Below are positions 50,659 through 60,864 of a stretch of 64,000 bases of DNA, one piece after another. The notes beneath the pieces are model-generated. The model saw only the letters and a list, made by a program, of their open reading frames with translations. It was not told the DNA's origin and made no database searches. Made by a program: the position numbers and the translations under genes. This DNA is from an uncultured delta proteobacterium. Lineage in GTDB: Bacteria; Myxococcota_A; Polyangia; Polyangiales; JAFGIB01. Numbering within the stretch: position 1 is the first letter of the stretch; each line of letters starts with the position of its first letter. The stretch spans positions 160,001 through 224,000 of the forward strand of contig CAVZVA010000009.1 of NCBI GenBank assembly GCA_963778655.1. Reading direction: 5' to 3'.

Positions 50659-53600
50659 TCAGCTCGGCCAGACCAGGCGCTTGGCCGCGCGCCGGTCGAC
50701 CAGGTAAGCGCCGATCCCGAGCGCGATCGCAAGCGCGGCGAGCGCCAGCAGAGCGCGCCACGCCGCGGGCGGCATGGCCACGTAGATCGAGGCGACCAGC
50801 GTGCCCGCGAGCAGGGCCCAGCCCGACCACTGCAGCGCCGCCGCCCAACGCAGCCGCACGAGCCGGCGCGGATCGAGCGCCTGAAGCCGCTCCCACAACA
50901 GCTGCTCGTAGCGGAAGTAGGTCGATATCACGGGGATGATCTCGAGGGTCAGAAAGGCGGAGGTGAGCAGCCCGCCAACCATCGGGGCGGCGATGCGCTT
51001 CATCACGTCGGCGCCCGAGCCGCTGGCCCAGAGCAGCGGCACCAGGCCGACTAGCATGGTCGCGACCGTCATCAGCTTGGGCCGTACGCGCGCGACCGTG
51101 CCTTCCATGTGCGCGGCGATCACGTCGCTCAGATCGCGCAATTGGCCGACCGCGCGGCGCTGCTCGAGCGCGTGATCGATGTACACGATCATCACCACGC
51201 CGGTCTGGGTCGCCAGCCCGACCAGGGCGATTACTCCCACCCACACCGCGGTCGAGAGCCGGTAGTCCAGCAGCCACAGCAGCCACACGCTGCCCACCAG
51301 CGCAAACGGGATCGAGAGCAGCACGATCAGCACCTCGCCCAGGTTGCGGAACTGCATGAACAGCAGCAGCACCACCAGCATCAAGGTGAGCGGAATCACG
51401 ATCTTCATGCGCGCCTGCATCTGCTCCAGCAGCTCGTACTGACCGGTCCACTTGAGGAAGTAGCCCGGCGGCAACGCCAGCTCGCCCCGCGCGATAGCCC
51501 GCTGCACCACCGCCTTGGCATTCGCGACGTAGCCGCCGACGTCGTGCGCCGCGGTGTCGATGTCCACGTAGACGTAGCCGACCAGCAATCCGTCCTCGTC
51601 GCGCACCATCGGCGGGCCGCCCGTGGCGCGCACCTCGGCGAGCTGGCCGAGCGGGATGTACGCCCGCGCGCCCGCCTGCGTGCCCCCGAGCTGCAGCGGC
51701 GCGCTGGTGTCGAACGCGTTCGCTCCGGTCGCGCTCGCCGCTCGCGGCCCCGGGCCCATCGCCACCTGTCCGGCCCCGCCCGCCGGCGGCCCACCTGCGC
51801 CCATACCCGGGGGCCCGCTCCCGCCGCCGCCGCCCGGCAGCGGCACCAGGACCTGGCGCAGGCGCGCGATGTCGGCGCGCAGGCCGCGCGGATAGCGCAC
51901 GTTGATCGAGAAGCGGTTGCGGCCCTCGATCGTGGTGCTGACCGGGGCGCCGCCGATCGAGGCTTCGACCACGCTCTCCACGTCGCTGATGCGCAGCCCG
52001 TAGCGCGCGAGCGCGTCGCGATCGGGGATCACGTCGAGATACAGGCCGCCCAGATTGCGCTCGTAGAACGCGCTGCGCGTGCCCGGCACCGCGCCGACGA
52101 TCTGCTCGAGGCGCTTGCCGATGCGCTCGATCTCGGGCAGACCGCTGCCGAAGACCTTGATTCCGATGGGGGTGCGGATGCCGGTCGACAGCATGTCGAT
52201 GCGCGTCTTGATCGGCATGGTCCAGGCGTTGGTCCAGCCCGGGAACTGCATCTTCTGATTCATCTCGGCGGTCAGCTCGTCCCAGCGCAGCGGACGGCTC
52301 TCGGGCCAGATCCGGCGCAGCCCGCGGGCGAGCCAGCTCGGCGCCCAGCTCGAGTACCAGCGCCGCTCCGGCCGCCTGCGCCAGCGCTCCTGGGGCTCGA
52401 GCTGGACCGTGGTCTCCACCATGGTCAGCGGGGCGGGATCTGTCGGGGTCTCGGCGCGCCCGACCTTGCCGAACACCGATGCCACCTCGGGGAAGCTGCG
52501 CAGGATGCGGTCTTGGCGTTGCAGCTGGCGCTTGGCCTCCTCAATCGAGATGTTCGGCAGCGTGATCGGCATGTATAGCGTGTCGCCCTCGTTGAGCGGC
52601 GGCATGAACTCGTGGCCGAGCTTCGCCGCCAGCGGCAGCGCCGAGAGCAGCGCCAGCGCGCCGATCGCCACCGTCGAGATCGGCCGCCGCAGCGCGACGT
52701 AGACGAAGGGGCGGTACAGGCCGACGATCAGGCGCGAGAGCGGATGCTCGCTCTCGGGACGGATGCGCCCGCGGATCAGCATGTCGCGCAGGGCCGGCGC
52801 GAAGGTGATCGAGAGCAGCGCCGAGGCCAGCATCACGAAGGTCTTGGTGTAGGCGAGCGGCTTGAACAGCCTGCCGGCTTGCCCGGTCAGCGCGAATACG
52901 GGCAGAAAAGCCACCGCGATGATCAGCAGCGAGAAGAAGATCGCGGGCGTCACCTCGCGGGCGGCCTCGGCCAGCAGGCGCTTGCGGTCAGCGCCGGGTG
53001 GCGCGTGCTCGAGCTTCTTGTGGCAGGCCTCGATCATCACGATCTCGGCGTCGACCGTGGCGCCGATCGCGATCGCGATCCCCCCGAGGCTCATGATCGT
53101 GGACGGAATACCCATCAGGTACATGGGGATGAACGAGAGCGCCACGGACACCGGCAACGACACGATCGGTAGCAGCGAGCTGCGGAAGTGCAGCAGGAAC
53201 AGCGCGATCACCAGCGCCACCACAATCATCTCCTCGAGCAGCGCGTGCTTCAGCGTCGCGACCGAGCGCTCGATCAGGCCGGAGCGGTCGTAGGCGATCT
53301 TCACCCGCACGCCCTTGGGCATGCTCGGTTGCAGCTCGGCCAGCTTCCGCTTGACGCGGTTGATCACATCGAGCGCGTTCTCGCCGTAGCGCATCACCAC
53401 GATCGCGCCCACCGCCTCGCCCTCGCCGTTCCACTCCAGCAGACCCCGGCGGATGTCCGGGCCGAAGCGCACGCTGGCCACGTCGCGCACCAGCACCGGT
53501 GTGCCGCCCGCACCGCTGCTGCGGATCACGATCCGCTCGAGGTCCGAGAGCTTGCCGATGTAGCCGCGCCCCCGCACGTAGTACTCGCGTCCGGACAGCT

Positions 53601-54267
53601 CGAGCACGCGCCCGCCCACGTCGTTGTTAGACTCGCGGATCGCGACCGCCAGCTCCTGCAGGGTGACGTTGTAGGCGCGCAGCTTGTCCGGGTCGGCGGT
53701 GACCTGATACTGCTTCTGGTAGCCGCCCACGCTCGCCACTTCGGCTACCCCCGGCACGCTCCCCAGCGCGTAGCGCAGGGTGAAGTCCTGGAAGGTGCGC
53801 AGCTCGTCGAGCCCGTGACGGCCGCTGTCGTCCACCAGCGCGTACTGGAACACCCAGCCGATCGCGGTGGCGTCCGGACCCAGCACCGGGTTGGCGCCCT
53901 CGGGCAGGCGGTTGCGAATGCCGTTGAGGTACTCGAGCACGCGGCTGCGCGCCCAGTAGATGTCGGTGCCCTCGTCGAAGATGGCGTAGATGAACGACAT
54001 CCCGAACATCGAATAGCCGCGCACGTCGGTCACGTGAGGCGCACCGAGCAGCGCCGACACGATTGGATAGGTAACCTGGTCCTCGACCAGCGTGGGGCTG
54101 CGTCCCATCCACTCGGTGAACACGATCACCTGCGGCTCCGACAGATCCGGGATCGCATCGAGCTTGACGTGCTGCACGCAGTAGATGCCGCCGAGCGCGG
54201 CGAAGGCCACGGCGATCAGCACCGGCAGCCGGTTGTCAGCGCAGAAAGCGATGATCTTGGCGACCAT
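50659..54267 (-). CDS. cusA: CusA-type Cu(I)/Ag(I) RND efflux permease
   Basis: DAIPDLS, YWARSRVLEYL; Met triad contexts EFMPPLNEG, PAPLTMVET, RIDMLSTG; RPKLMT. Confidence 0.93.
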   Translation of the reverse strand: MVAKIIAFCADNRLPVLIAVAFAALGGIYCVQHVKLDAIPDLSEPQVIVFTEWMGRSPTLVEDQVTYPIVSALLGAPHVTDVRGYSMFGMSFIYAIFDEGTDIYWARSRVLEYLNGIRNRLPEGANPVLGPDATAIGWVFQYALVDDSGRHGLDELRTFQDFTLRYALGSVPGVAEVASVGGYQKQYQVTADPDKLRAYNVTLQELAVAIRESNNDVGGRVLELSGREYYVRGRGYIGKLSDLERIVIRSSGAGGTPVLVRDVASVRFGPDIRRGLLEWNGEGEAVGAIVVMRYGENALDVINRVKRKLAELQPSMPKGVRVKIAYDRSGLIERSVATLKHALLEEMIVVALVIALFLLHFRSSLLPIVSLPVSVALSFIPMYLMGIPSTIMSLGGIAIAIGATVDAEIVMIEACHKKLEHAPPGADRKRLLAEAAREVTPAIFFSLLIIAVAFLPVFALTGQAGRLFKPLAYTKTFVMLASALLSITFAPALRDMLIRGRIRPESEHPLSRLIVGLYRPFVYVALRRPISTVAIGALALLSALPLAAKLGHEFMPPLNEGDTLYMPITLPNISIEEAKRQLQRQDRILRSFPEVASVFGKVGRAETPTDPAPLTMVETTVQLEPQERWRRRPERRWYSSWAPSWLARGLRRIWPESRPLRWDELTAEMNQKMQFPGWTNAWTMPIKTRIDMLSTGIRTPIGIKVFGSGLPEIERIGKRLEQIVGAVPGTRSAFYERNLGGLYLDVIPDRDALARYGLRISDVESVVEASIGGAPVSTTIEGRNRFSINVRYPRGLRADIARLRQVLVPLPGGGGGSGPPGMGAGGPPAGGAGQVAMGPGPRAASATGANAFDTSAPLQLGGTQAGARAYIPLGQLAEVRATGGPPMVRDEDGLLVGYVYVDIDTAAHDVGGYVANAKAVVQRAIARGELALPPGYFLKWTGQYELLEQMQARMKIVIPLTLMLVVLLLFMQFRNLGEVLIVLLSIPFALVGSVWLLWLLDYRLSTAVWVGVIALVGLATQTGVVMIVYIDHALEQRRAVGQLRDLSDVIAAHMEGTVARVRPKLMTVATMLVGLVPLLWASGSGADVMKRIAAPMVGGLLTSAFLTLEIIPVISTYFRYEQLLWERLQALDPRRLVRLRWAAALQWSGWALLAGTLVASIYVAMPPAAWRALLALAALAIALGIGAYLVDRRAAKRLVWPS

Positions 54268-54276
54268 GGGAGTGCC

Positions 54277-56016
54277 TCAACGCCAGGGCCCGGGGATCGC
54301 GGCCTTGCAGTCGTCGACCATGCTGCCCATGCCACGGTGTTGGATCTCGCAGGCCCGGCACTGCCGGTACTTGTCCGGGTACTTGGCGGCGTCGAAGTCG
54401 CGGTCGCAGCCGGACTTGGCGGCTACGGGTCGCGGCGCGGGCGGCGGCGCAGGCGGCGGCAGGCTGTCTTGCGCCGGAGGCGCGGTGCTCGCCGGGGTGG
54501 GCTCGCGCGCGGCCGGCCGCTGGCGGCGCGCCGCCGCCGGCTGCGCGGGCTGCTCCGGCTCCGGCTCGAACGCGGCCGCTTGGCTCGGCTGGCCCTCGTC
54601 GTCGTCCGCGGTTTCGGTCTCGGCTTCCGCCGGGCCGTTGATCGAGGCCTCGATGCGGCTCTCGGAGTCGAGCAGGAAGTTCGCGGTGGTGACCACGGTC
54701 TCGCCCTCGCGCACGCCTTGCAGCACCTGCACCTGTGCGCCCGCGTGCGTGCCCAGCCGCACCTTGCGCGGCTCGAAGCGACCTCCGGCCAGCGCGACGA
54801 ACAGGTACTGCGTGGTGCCGGTGTCGACGATCGCCTCGCTCGGCACCACCAGGCCCTCGCTCGGCGGCGCCTCGATCACGGCGTCGCCGTACATGCCCGG
54901 CCGTAGCAGCAGCCCGGGATTGGGTAGCTGCAGCCGCACGCGCAACGTGCGTGTCTCGGCGTCGAGCGCGGGGTAGAGAAACTGCACGCGGCCCTCGAAG
55001 CGCTTGCCGGGCAGCGCCGCCAGCGTGAAGCGCGCGCGGGCGCCCTTGCGCGCTTGCGCGATCTGCTGCTCGTGTACGTCGACGAAGACCCACACCGCCG
55101 ACAGGTCCGCGACCTGGAACAGCTCGGTGCCCGGCTCCACGTACAGCCCGAGAACCGCGGTCTTGCGCGTGACGTAGCCCGCGATCGGCGAGCGGATGGC
55201 GAGCGCGTTCTTGGGCCGGCCGCTGTGCACCACTTCGTCGATCTCCGCGTCCGAGATGCCGAGCAGCTGCAAGCGGCGTCGCGCCTCGGCCGCGAGGTCC
55301 ACGCCCACCGGCGCGAGCTTGCTGGCCGCGGGCGGCGTAGTGGCGGCGCCGGCCGACCACTTGAGCGCATTGAGCAGGTCTTGTTGGGCCGCCAGCAGCT
55401 CCTGGCTGTAAACGGTCGCCAACACCTGCCCGCGCGCCACGCGCTGGCCCGTCTCGGAGACCGGCAGGCTCTCGATCCAGCCGGCGAAGCGGGCGTGGAT
55501 CTGCGCCAGCGCCGATTCGCGCGCCGCCACGTAGCCGGTGGCCCGCAGCTGCGGTGACAGGCGCGTGCGCTTGACGACCGCCGTGCGCATGCCCAGCAGC
55601 TGGATGCGCTGCGGCGTGAGCTCGATCGGAACCATGCCCGCAGGCGACGCCGGCGCGCCGCCCGCCGGGGCCGCGACAGCCGCGGGCTCGCTGGTCGCGA
55701 TGCTCTCGCGCGGTACCAGCGTCATGCTGCAGATCGGGCACTGGCCGGGCGCGTCCCGAACCACCGACGGGTGCATCGGGCACACGTACTGCGCGGGTGC
55801 GGCCTTCGCCGTCTCCGACGCGGCCGCCGCCTCGCCTCCGCCGCTGCTGCCCTGCAGCCAACCGAAGTGGTGCGCGAGCGAGGCGAACGCGGCCACCGCC
55901 ATCAACGCCACCAGCGCCCAGCGCACCAGTGCCATCGCGCGGGTGCCGCGCGGCGGCGCGCTCCGAGAGGCCGGGACGCCTTCCCCGGGCGACTGCTGCG
56001 ACCCTGGGTCGGTCAT
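54277..56016 (-). CDS. cusB: CusB-type periplasmic adaptor with heavy-metal binding domain
   Basis: YVCPMHP, PGQCPICSMTL, GWIESL, ADLSAVWV, LRPGMY, FLLDSES. Confidence 0.9.
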   Translation of the reverse strand: MTDPGSQQSPGEGVPASRSAPPRGTRAMALVRWALVALMAVAAFASLAHHFGWLQGSSGGGEAAAASETAKAAPAQYVCPMHPSVVRDAPGQCPICSMTLVPRESIATSEPAAVAAPAGGAPASPAGMVPIELTPQRIQLLGMRTAVVKRTRLSPQLRATGYVAARESALAQIHARFAGWIESLPVSETGQRVARGQVLATVYSQELLAAQQDLLNALKWSAGAATTPPAASKLAPVGVDLAAEARRRLQLLGISDAEIDEVVHSGRPKNALAIRSPIAGYVTRKTAVLGLYVEPGTELFQVADLSAVWVFVDVHEQQIAQARKGARARFTLAALPGKRFEGRVQFLYPALDAETRTLRVRLQLPNPGLLLRPGMYGDAVIEAPPSEGLVVPSEAIVDTGTTQYLFVALAGGRFEPRKVRLGTHAGAQVQVLQGVREGETVVTTANFLLDSESRIEASINGPAEAETETADDDEGQPSQAAAFEPEPEQPAQPAAARRQRPAAREPTPASTAPPAQDSLPPPAPPPAPRPVAAKSGCDRDFDAAKYPDKYRQCRACEIQHRGMGSMVDDCKAAIPGPWR

Positions 56017-57431
56017 GGCGTGCTCTCCTTGCGGGCGTCCGCGGGAACATCGGAGGGGACGTCGGAGATATCCATCAGCTCGTTACCGACGGTGCGCTCC
56101 ACGTCGGAGAGCGCGGTCTGCAGCCTGGCCAGGGCCCGGCTGTGCTCGAGGCGTACCTCGAGGTACACCCGCAGCGCCTCGAGCGCCCCCAACGCGTCTC
56201 CCCGCCCGGCCGCGAAGGCCGCGACGCTCGCTTGGTAGCTCTGCTCGGTTTGCGCCAGCAGCTCACGATCGACGATCTGGAACGACTCGCGCGCCGCTCG
56301 ATAGCGCGCGATCGCGTCGCGCAGCTCGTAGCGCGCGTCGATGCGGGTGGCTTCCAGGGCGCTCCGCTCGGCCGCCAGCGCGTGCTCGGCCGCGCGCACC
56401 TGCTCGCCGTGCTGGGGATTGAGCCAGGGCAGGCTCATCGAGACCATCGCGCCGTACGCGTGCGGATCGCTCTGCTGCGGCATCAACCAGTAGTCGACGC
56501 CCACCATGAAGCTCGGCCAGGCCGCGGTCTGCTTGGCTGCGCTCAGCTCGGCGGCGCTGCGTTCCACTGCGCGCTCGGCGGAGGCAATCTCCGGGCGCTG
56601 CCGCAACATCGCAGCTTCCAGCCGGCTCTCGCGCAGGTCCGCCTGCGCCGCGGTCGTCGCCGCCGGCGGGCCGAGCCGCGCATCCGCGGGCCGCGCCATC
56701 AGCGCGTTGAGCAGCGCGGCCGCCGAGCGGCGCTGCGCGGCGAGCTCGCTCTGCTCGGCGTGCAGGCGCGAGAGCTCGACTTGCAGGCGCAGCACGTCGG
56801 CCTGACTGCCGCGGCCCGTCGCGTAGTTCTCGTGCGCGAGCTGCAGGATGCTCGCGGCCAGTCGCTCGTGATCGACGCGGATGCGCTGCTCGGCGTCGGC
56901 GCGCGCGTAGTCGAAGTACGCGCGCTCCACCGCCGCGCGCAGGTCGCGTACGCGGCCGCGCTGCATCTGCAGCGTCATCTGCGCTTCGTGCAGCGCGGCG
57001 CGGCCCTGCGCGTCGAGGCTGCCGGCGGCCGGAAAGCTCTGTCTCACCCCGAGCATCAGCATGCCGGCCTTGTCGAGCGCGTAGGGTCGATCGAGCGGCA
57101 CCGCCCACTGCTCGTACTTGAGCTCCGGGTCGGGCAGGCGACCGGCGGCGGGCACCCGCGCGGCGCTGGCCCGCACGCGCTCGCGCGCCTCGCGCAGCTG
57201 GGGATTGCGTGCCAGCGCGAGCCTCAGGATCGCCGGTAGCCGCGCCTGCGCGGCGAGCTCGGCCTCGGCGCCCGTGTCCGACGCAGCGCGCGCATGGCGC
57301 GGGGGCGGCGGCATCAGGGCGGCGCTCTCGCGCAGGACCTTGTCGTAACCGGCCTGTGTCTGGGCCGGGATGCAGCTCGCGGCGCACAGCGGGAACGCAG
57401 CCGCCGCGGCGTGCAGGATCGTCTTACGCAT
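56013..57431 (-). CDS. TolC-family outer membrane efflux lipoprotein
   Basis: AAS-C; ALARNPQL, LPDPEL, QRPEI, SLPWL; coupled to cusB. Confidence 0.9.
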   Translation of the reverse strand: MRKTILHAAAAAFPLCAASCIPAQTQAGYDKVLRESAALMPPPPRHARAASDTGAEAELAAQARLPAILRLALARNPQLREARERVRASAARVPAAGRLPDPELKYEQWAVPLDRPYALDKAGMLMLGVRQSFPAAGSLDAQGRAALHEAQMTLQMQRGRVRDLRAAVERAYFDYARADAEQRIRVDHERLAASILQLAHENYATGRGSQADVLRLQVELSRLHAEQSELAAQRRSAAALLNALMARPADARLGPPAATTAAQADLRESRLEAAMLRQRPEIASAERAVERSAAELSAAKQTAAWPSFMVGVDYWLMPQQSDPHAYGAMVSMSLPWLNPQHGEQVRAAEHALAAERSALEATRIDARYELRDAIARYRAARESFQIVDRELLAQTEQSYQASVAAFAAGRGDALGALEALRVYLEVRLEHSRALARLQTALSDVERTVGNELMDISDVPSDVPADARKESTP

Positions 57432-57627
57432 GGGTTCTCGTTCTCCGCGGGCGGACGCGCGACGCGTCCTTGAAACGTGAGCGACCGTGCAGGGGCCGCG
57501 CCCGCCCCGGTGGCAGGCGTCGCCCGGTTCGGCGCCCAGCGGGGATCTTCACCACCGCGAGGCGCGCGCACGCCTGGCGGGCTCGGGCCCGCGGCGTGCG
57601 GCTCGGCTCACAAGCCGGCGCGTGAGC

Positions 57628-58026
57628 TCAAATCAGCAATGCGCGGTGGAGAATGAACAGTGGGGGGCCACAGCTTGGCCACGACCCGCTGGCGAGGCTC
57701 ACGCCCGCCATGCGCGGCGGGGCAGGCGGTTGGGGCCGTGCGTCGAGCGCGGTGGCCACCAGGCCCTGCGCGGACGAGTCGCCGCGCAGCGCGGACAGCG
57801 ACTGAGCGGCGCTCGGCTGGGCTCGCACGCTGCAGCAGCAGCTCGCTGCCAGCTCGGCCTGAGGACCGTGCGGCCTGGCGCGGGCGGAGCAGCTGCAGTG
57901 GTTGGTGCTGGCCTGCGCATGCGCGCAGCGCAGCGCAGGCAGGGGCGTGGCCGAGAGCAGCAGCAACGGCAGCACGGCGGAGAGCAGCGCTCGGACGTGT
58001 GCAGCGGCTCGGGGCGGCACGATCAC
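57628..58026 (-). CDS. Small Cys-rich exported protein upstream of the efflux operon
   Basis: Hydrophobic N-terminus, HCSC, SCCC, C-terminus GPPLFILHRALLI; start uncertain. Confidence 0.55.
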   Translation of the reverse strand: MIVPPRAAAHVRALLSAVLPLLLLSATPLPALRCAHAQASTNHCSCSARARPHGPQAELAASCCCSVRAQPSAAQSLSALRGDSSAQGLVATALDARPQPPAPPRMAGVSLASGSWPSCGPPLFILHRALLI

Positions 58027-58090
58027 GATCCGAAGCTTAACCGCGAATGAACTCGGCTGCCAGCACCCGCCTGCGGGCCCTAGCGGCCGA

Positions 58091-59272
58091 TCACGGGAAA
58101 CGGCCCGGCCCGAACAGGTCGGCGAAGTCCTCGGAGCTCGCCACGGCCGGCAGCACGGGCAGGTCCAGGATCTCCTCGATCGACTTCAGCAGTGAGCTGT
58201 GGCTGTACTGCACCGCGCTCACCCGACCGGGCACCACCCGCGGGCCGATCGCGAGGAAGGGAGTCGTCGTGCTCTTCTCTCCCTCGTCCCAGACGATGAA
58301 GATAACGCCGTCGTGCGCGTTCGCGAAGTCGATCAGCGCGGGCAGAGCGCTCGCCAGCCACTGGTCGCCGGCCCGGATCGTGTTGGTATCGGGACAACCG
58401 CTCTGTCCGTGCATGTCGTGGCACAGATTCGGCGTGATGAAGACGTAGCGAGGCACGCGGCCGTGCGCGAGATCACCGGCCAGCGCATCGAGCGGCGCGT
58501 GGTGTTGCGCGCAGTGAAGGTTGGTCGCGGACGGTGGATCGCCAGAGACGTCGTGGAAGAACACGAACGGGTCGTGCTTGGGCTGGTAGAAACCCGAGCC
58601 GTGGATCGGGCACGCGCCGGTCTTGTCGTCGAGCCCCTCCTGATAGGAGCGCCAGTCGAGGCCTCCGCCCGCGGCCTCGATCTGCGTCACCAGGTGCTCG
58701 CTGCTACTGGTGCTGTTGCTCGCGGATGGCTCGCTGTCGTCGCCGAAGGTGTGGTCGGCGAAGGCGTTGGTGCCTGCCTCCATCCAAATGTAGTGCGGCT
58801 CGCTCAGCACGGAGATCGGCAGCACATCGGTGTAGTGCGACGCGCTCGCGTAGCGCGCCAGCAGGGTCCCATTGAGGTAGCTGGCATCCGCGCTGTTGCC
58901 GACGATCGACCGCGCGTCGTGGTTCTCCATCGTGATCACGAACACGTATTGCATGTGGCCTGCGGGCGGCGTGTAGCCGGACGCGAGCGGCGCGCCGCCG
59001 GCGTCGTCGCGCAGGCCGCCGGCGTCGGCCATGCTCGCCGGATGCGTGCTCGCGTCGGCCGCGGCCGGCCAGGCGCTGGAGCCGCCGGCGTCGAATGCGC
59101 CCGCGCCGCCGCCAGCGCCTGGGGCCGGCGCGCCCGCGCCCGTGCCTCCGCCCGGCGTGGCCGCCTCGCCGTCGTGCCCGCCGCGCGGCGCGCCGGTGCA
59201 AGCGCCGAGGGCGAGCCCCAGCAGTCCCAGCGCGCAGCCGAGACCGCGCACGCCGCCTCGCGACGCCACCAT
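58091..59272 (-). CDS. Phosphoesterase-family (acid phosphatase-like) lipoprotein
   Basis: LGA-C; VFVITMENH, SEPHY, KHDPF, ITPNLCHDMH, WDEGE, HSSLLKSIE. Confidence 0.88.
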   Translation of the reverse strand: MVASRGGVRGLGCALGLLGLALGACTGAPRGGHDGEAATPGGGTGAGAPAPGAGGGAGAFDAGGSSAWPAAADASTHPASMADAGGLRDDAGGAPLASGYTPPAGHMQYVFVITMENHDARSIVGNSADASYLNGTLLARYASASHYTDVLPISVLSEPHYIWMEAGTNAFADHTFGDDSEPSASNSTSSSEHLVTQIEAAGGGLDWRSYQEGLDDKTGACPIHGSGFYQPKHDPFVFFHDVSGDPPSATNLHCAQHHAPLDALAGDLAHGRVPRYVFITPNLCHDMHGQSGCPDTNTIRAGDQWLASALPALIDFANAHDGVIFIVWDEGEKSTTTPFLAIGPRVVPGRVSAVQYSHSSLLKSIEEILDLPVLPAVASSEDFADLFGPGRFP

Positions 59273-59393
59273 CGCGCGATCATACGGAGGTCGCTGACCG
59301 GGTGCCACGAGGCGGCGGGGTCGCCGCGATAGTAGCTGGGGTCGAAGCGCAGGCTGCCTGCGCGCGCCACGCCTGCGCAAATCAGGTTGCCCC

Positions 59394-60590
59394 TTACTCG
59401 CAGAGTTGGGCAGAGGCGGCGTGCGTGCCGGGCCAGTCTCGCGTTTGGGCCGATCCATGAACGGCCAGCGACGCCGCCGCCGCCAGCAGCAGGAGCAGCG
59501 CAGCTGCGTGGGTGCTTGGCGCCCGAGCGTGGGCCACGGCCCGCGGCGCGCGCGCGGCCGCTGCGGCTTCGCCCGCTGTGTCGTTGGTCGCGACCCACTG
59601 CACGGCCCGGCGCGGCCGCACGTGGCCTGCCTCGCCCAGCGCCGGCGCGCCGCCGTCGTTCGCGGCCCGCGGGCGTGCGCTCGCTAGCGGCGACGCGGGC
59701 TCGCGAAGTGTCGCAACCTGGCCTGCTGCGAGCGGCCGATCCGCGGCGGCCCGCGCATCCAACCAGCCTACTAGCGCGTCATGCAAGTCGCGCATCGACT
59801 GATAGCGCCGAGCGGCCTGCCTGTGCAGGCCGCGCTCCAGGATGAGCCACAAGGACGACTCCCCGTGGCCGCGCTCCTGCAGGCGAGCCACCGCCGGATC
59901 GAGCGTGGCGGCCAGCAGGTCCGCGCAGCTCTTGCCCTCGATGGCAGGCCGTCCGCAGACGGCCTCGTAGAGCACCGCACACAGCGCCCAGATGTCGACC
60001 CGGTGGTCCGCATTCACCTCGCCGCTCGCCTGCTCCGGTGCCATGTAGCCAGGCGTGCCCGACAGCTCCGGCACGCCCGCCCGCGCACATGCCGGCTTTG
60101 CCACGCCAAAGTCGAGCAGCTTGGCATGCGTCCGGCCCTGCTCCCGAGCCAGAAAGATGTTGGCAGGCGTGATGTCTCGATGAGCGAACCCGCGTTCGTG
60201 GCAAAGGCTCAGCGCGTCGACGATCGGCAAGAGCAGTCGGACCGCTGCGGATGCCGGCATCGAGCCCTCGTGGCGCAGCAACTCGTCGAGCGAACGGCCC
60301 TCCAAGTATTCCATCGCGAAGAACGGATCGCCCCACACGGTGCGGCCCGAATCGAAGATGGACACGATTGCCGGGTGCCGGAGCTGTGCTGTGATATGGG
60401 CTTCGGTCAGAGCGTCCGCGCCTGCGGGACAGCCCTCGGGCTTGATCACCTTCAAAGCCACCGGCGCGTCCAGTCCTTCGTGCCTGGCCAGCCAGACGCA
60501 TCCCATGCCTCCCTCGGCCAGACACCGCAACAAGCGGTAGCGGCCATCGATCAAGGTTCCGCTTTGATAGCCGCCGAACGCCATGCGCAT
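59394..60590 (-). CDS. Hanks-type Ser/Thr protein kinase with C-terminal TM
   Basis: AEGGMGCVW, VALK, HRDITPAN, DFG, GTPGYMAPEQ, DIW. Confidence 0.92.
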   Translation of the reverse strand: MRMAFGGYQSGTLIDGRYRLLRCLAEGGMGCVWLARHEGLDAPVALKVIKPEGCPAGADALTEAHITAQLRHPAIVSIFDSGRTVWGDPFFAMEYLEGRSLDELLRHEGSMPASAAVRLLLPIVDALSLCHERGFAHRDITPANIFLAREQGRTHAKLLDFGVAKPACARAGVPELSGTPGYMAPEQASGEVNADHRVDIWALCAVLYEAVCGRPAIEGKSCADLLAATLDPAVARLQERGHGESSLWLILERGLHRQAARRYQSMRDLHDALVGWLDARAAADRPLAAGQVATLREPASPLASARPRAANDGGAPALGEAGHVRPRRAVQWVATNDTAGEAAAAARAPRAVAHARAPSTHAAALLLLLAAAASLAVHGSAQTRDWPGTHAASAQLCE

Positions 60591-60864
60591 TCTAGACTCA
60601 AGGACTGTGCCAAGAGTGCGCGCGACAACTCACCCGCCGTCACCGAGCGGGAATGCCGGGCACGACGGCTGCGGTCTTCGCCAACGTCCGCGAGGGGTCG
60701 TCTCGATCTAAGCAGCATGTGGCGGTCACGACGCCAAGGTTGCGTTTCGACGCAAGACCTGCGCCGCGTGCGCGCTCGAGCGCGATGCCGGTCTTTGAGC
60801 TGGCCGTGCGCGGCCGCGCTTGCGGTCAGTCAACCACAGCGTTGCGGACGGTGGCCCGTTGCCA

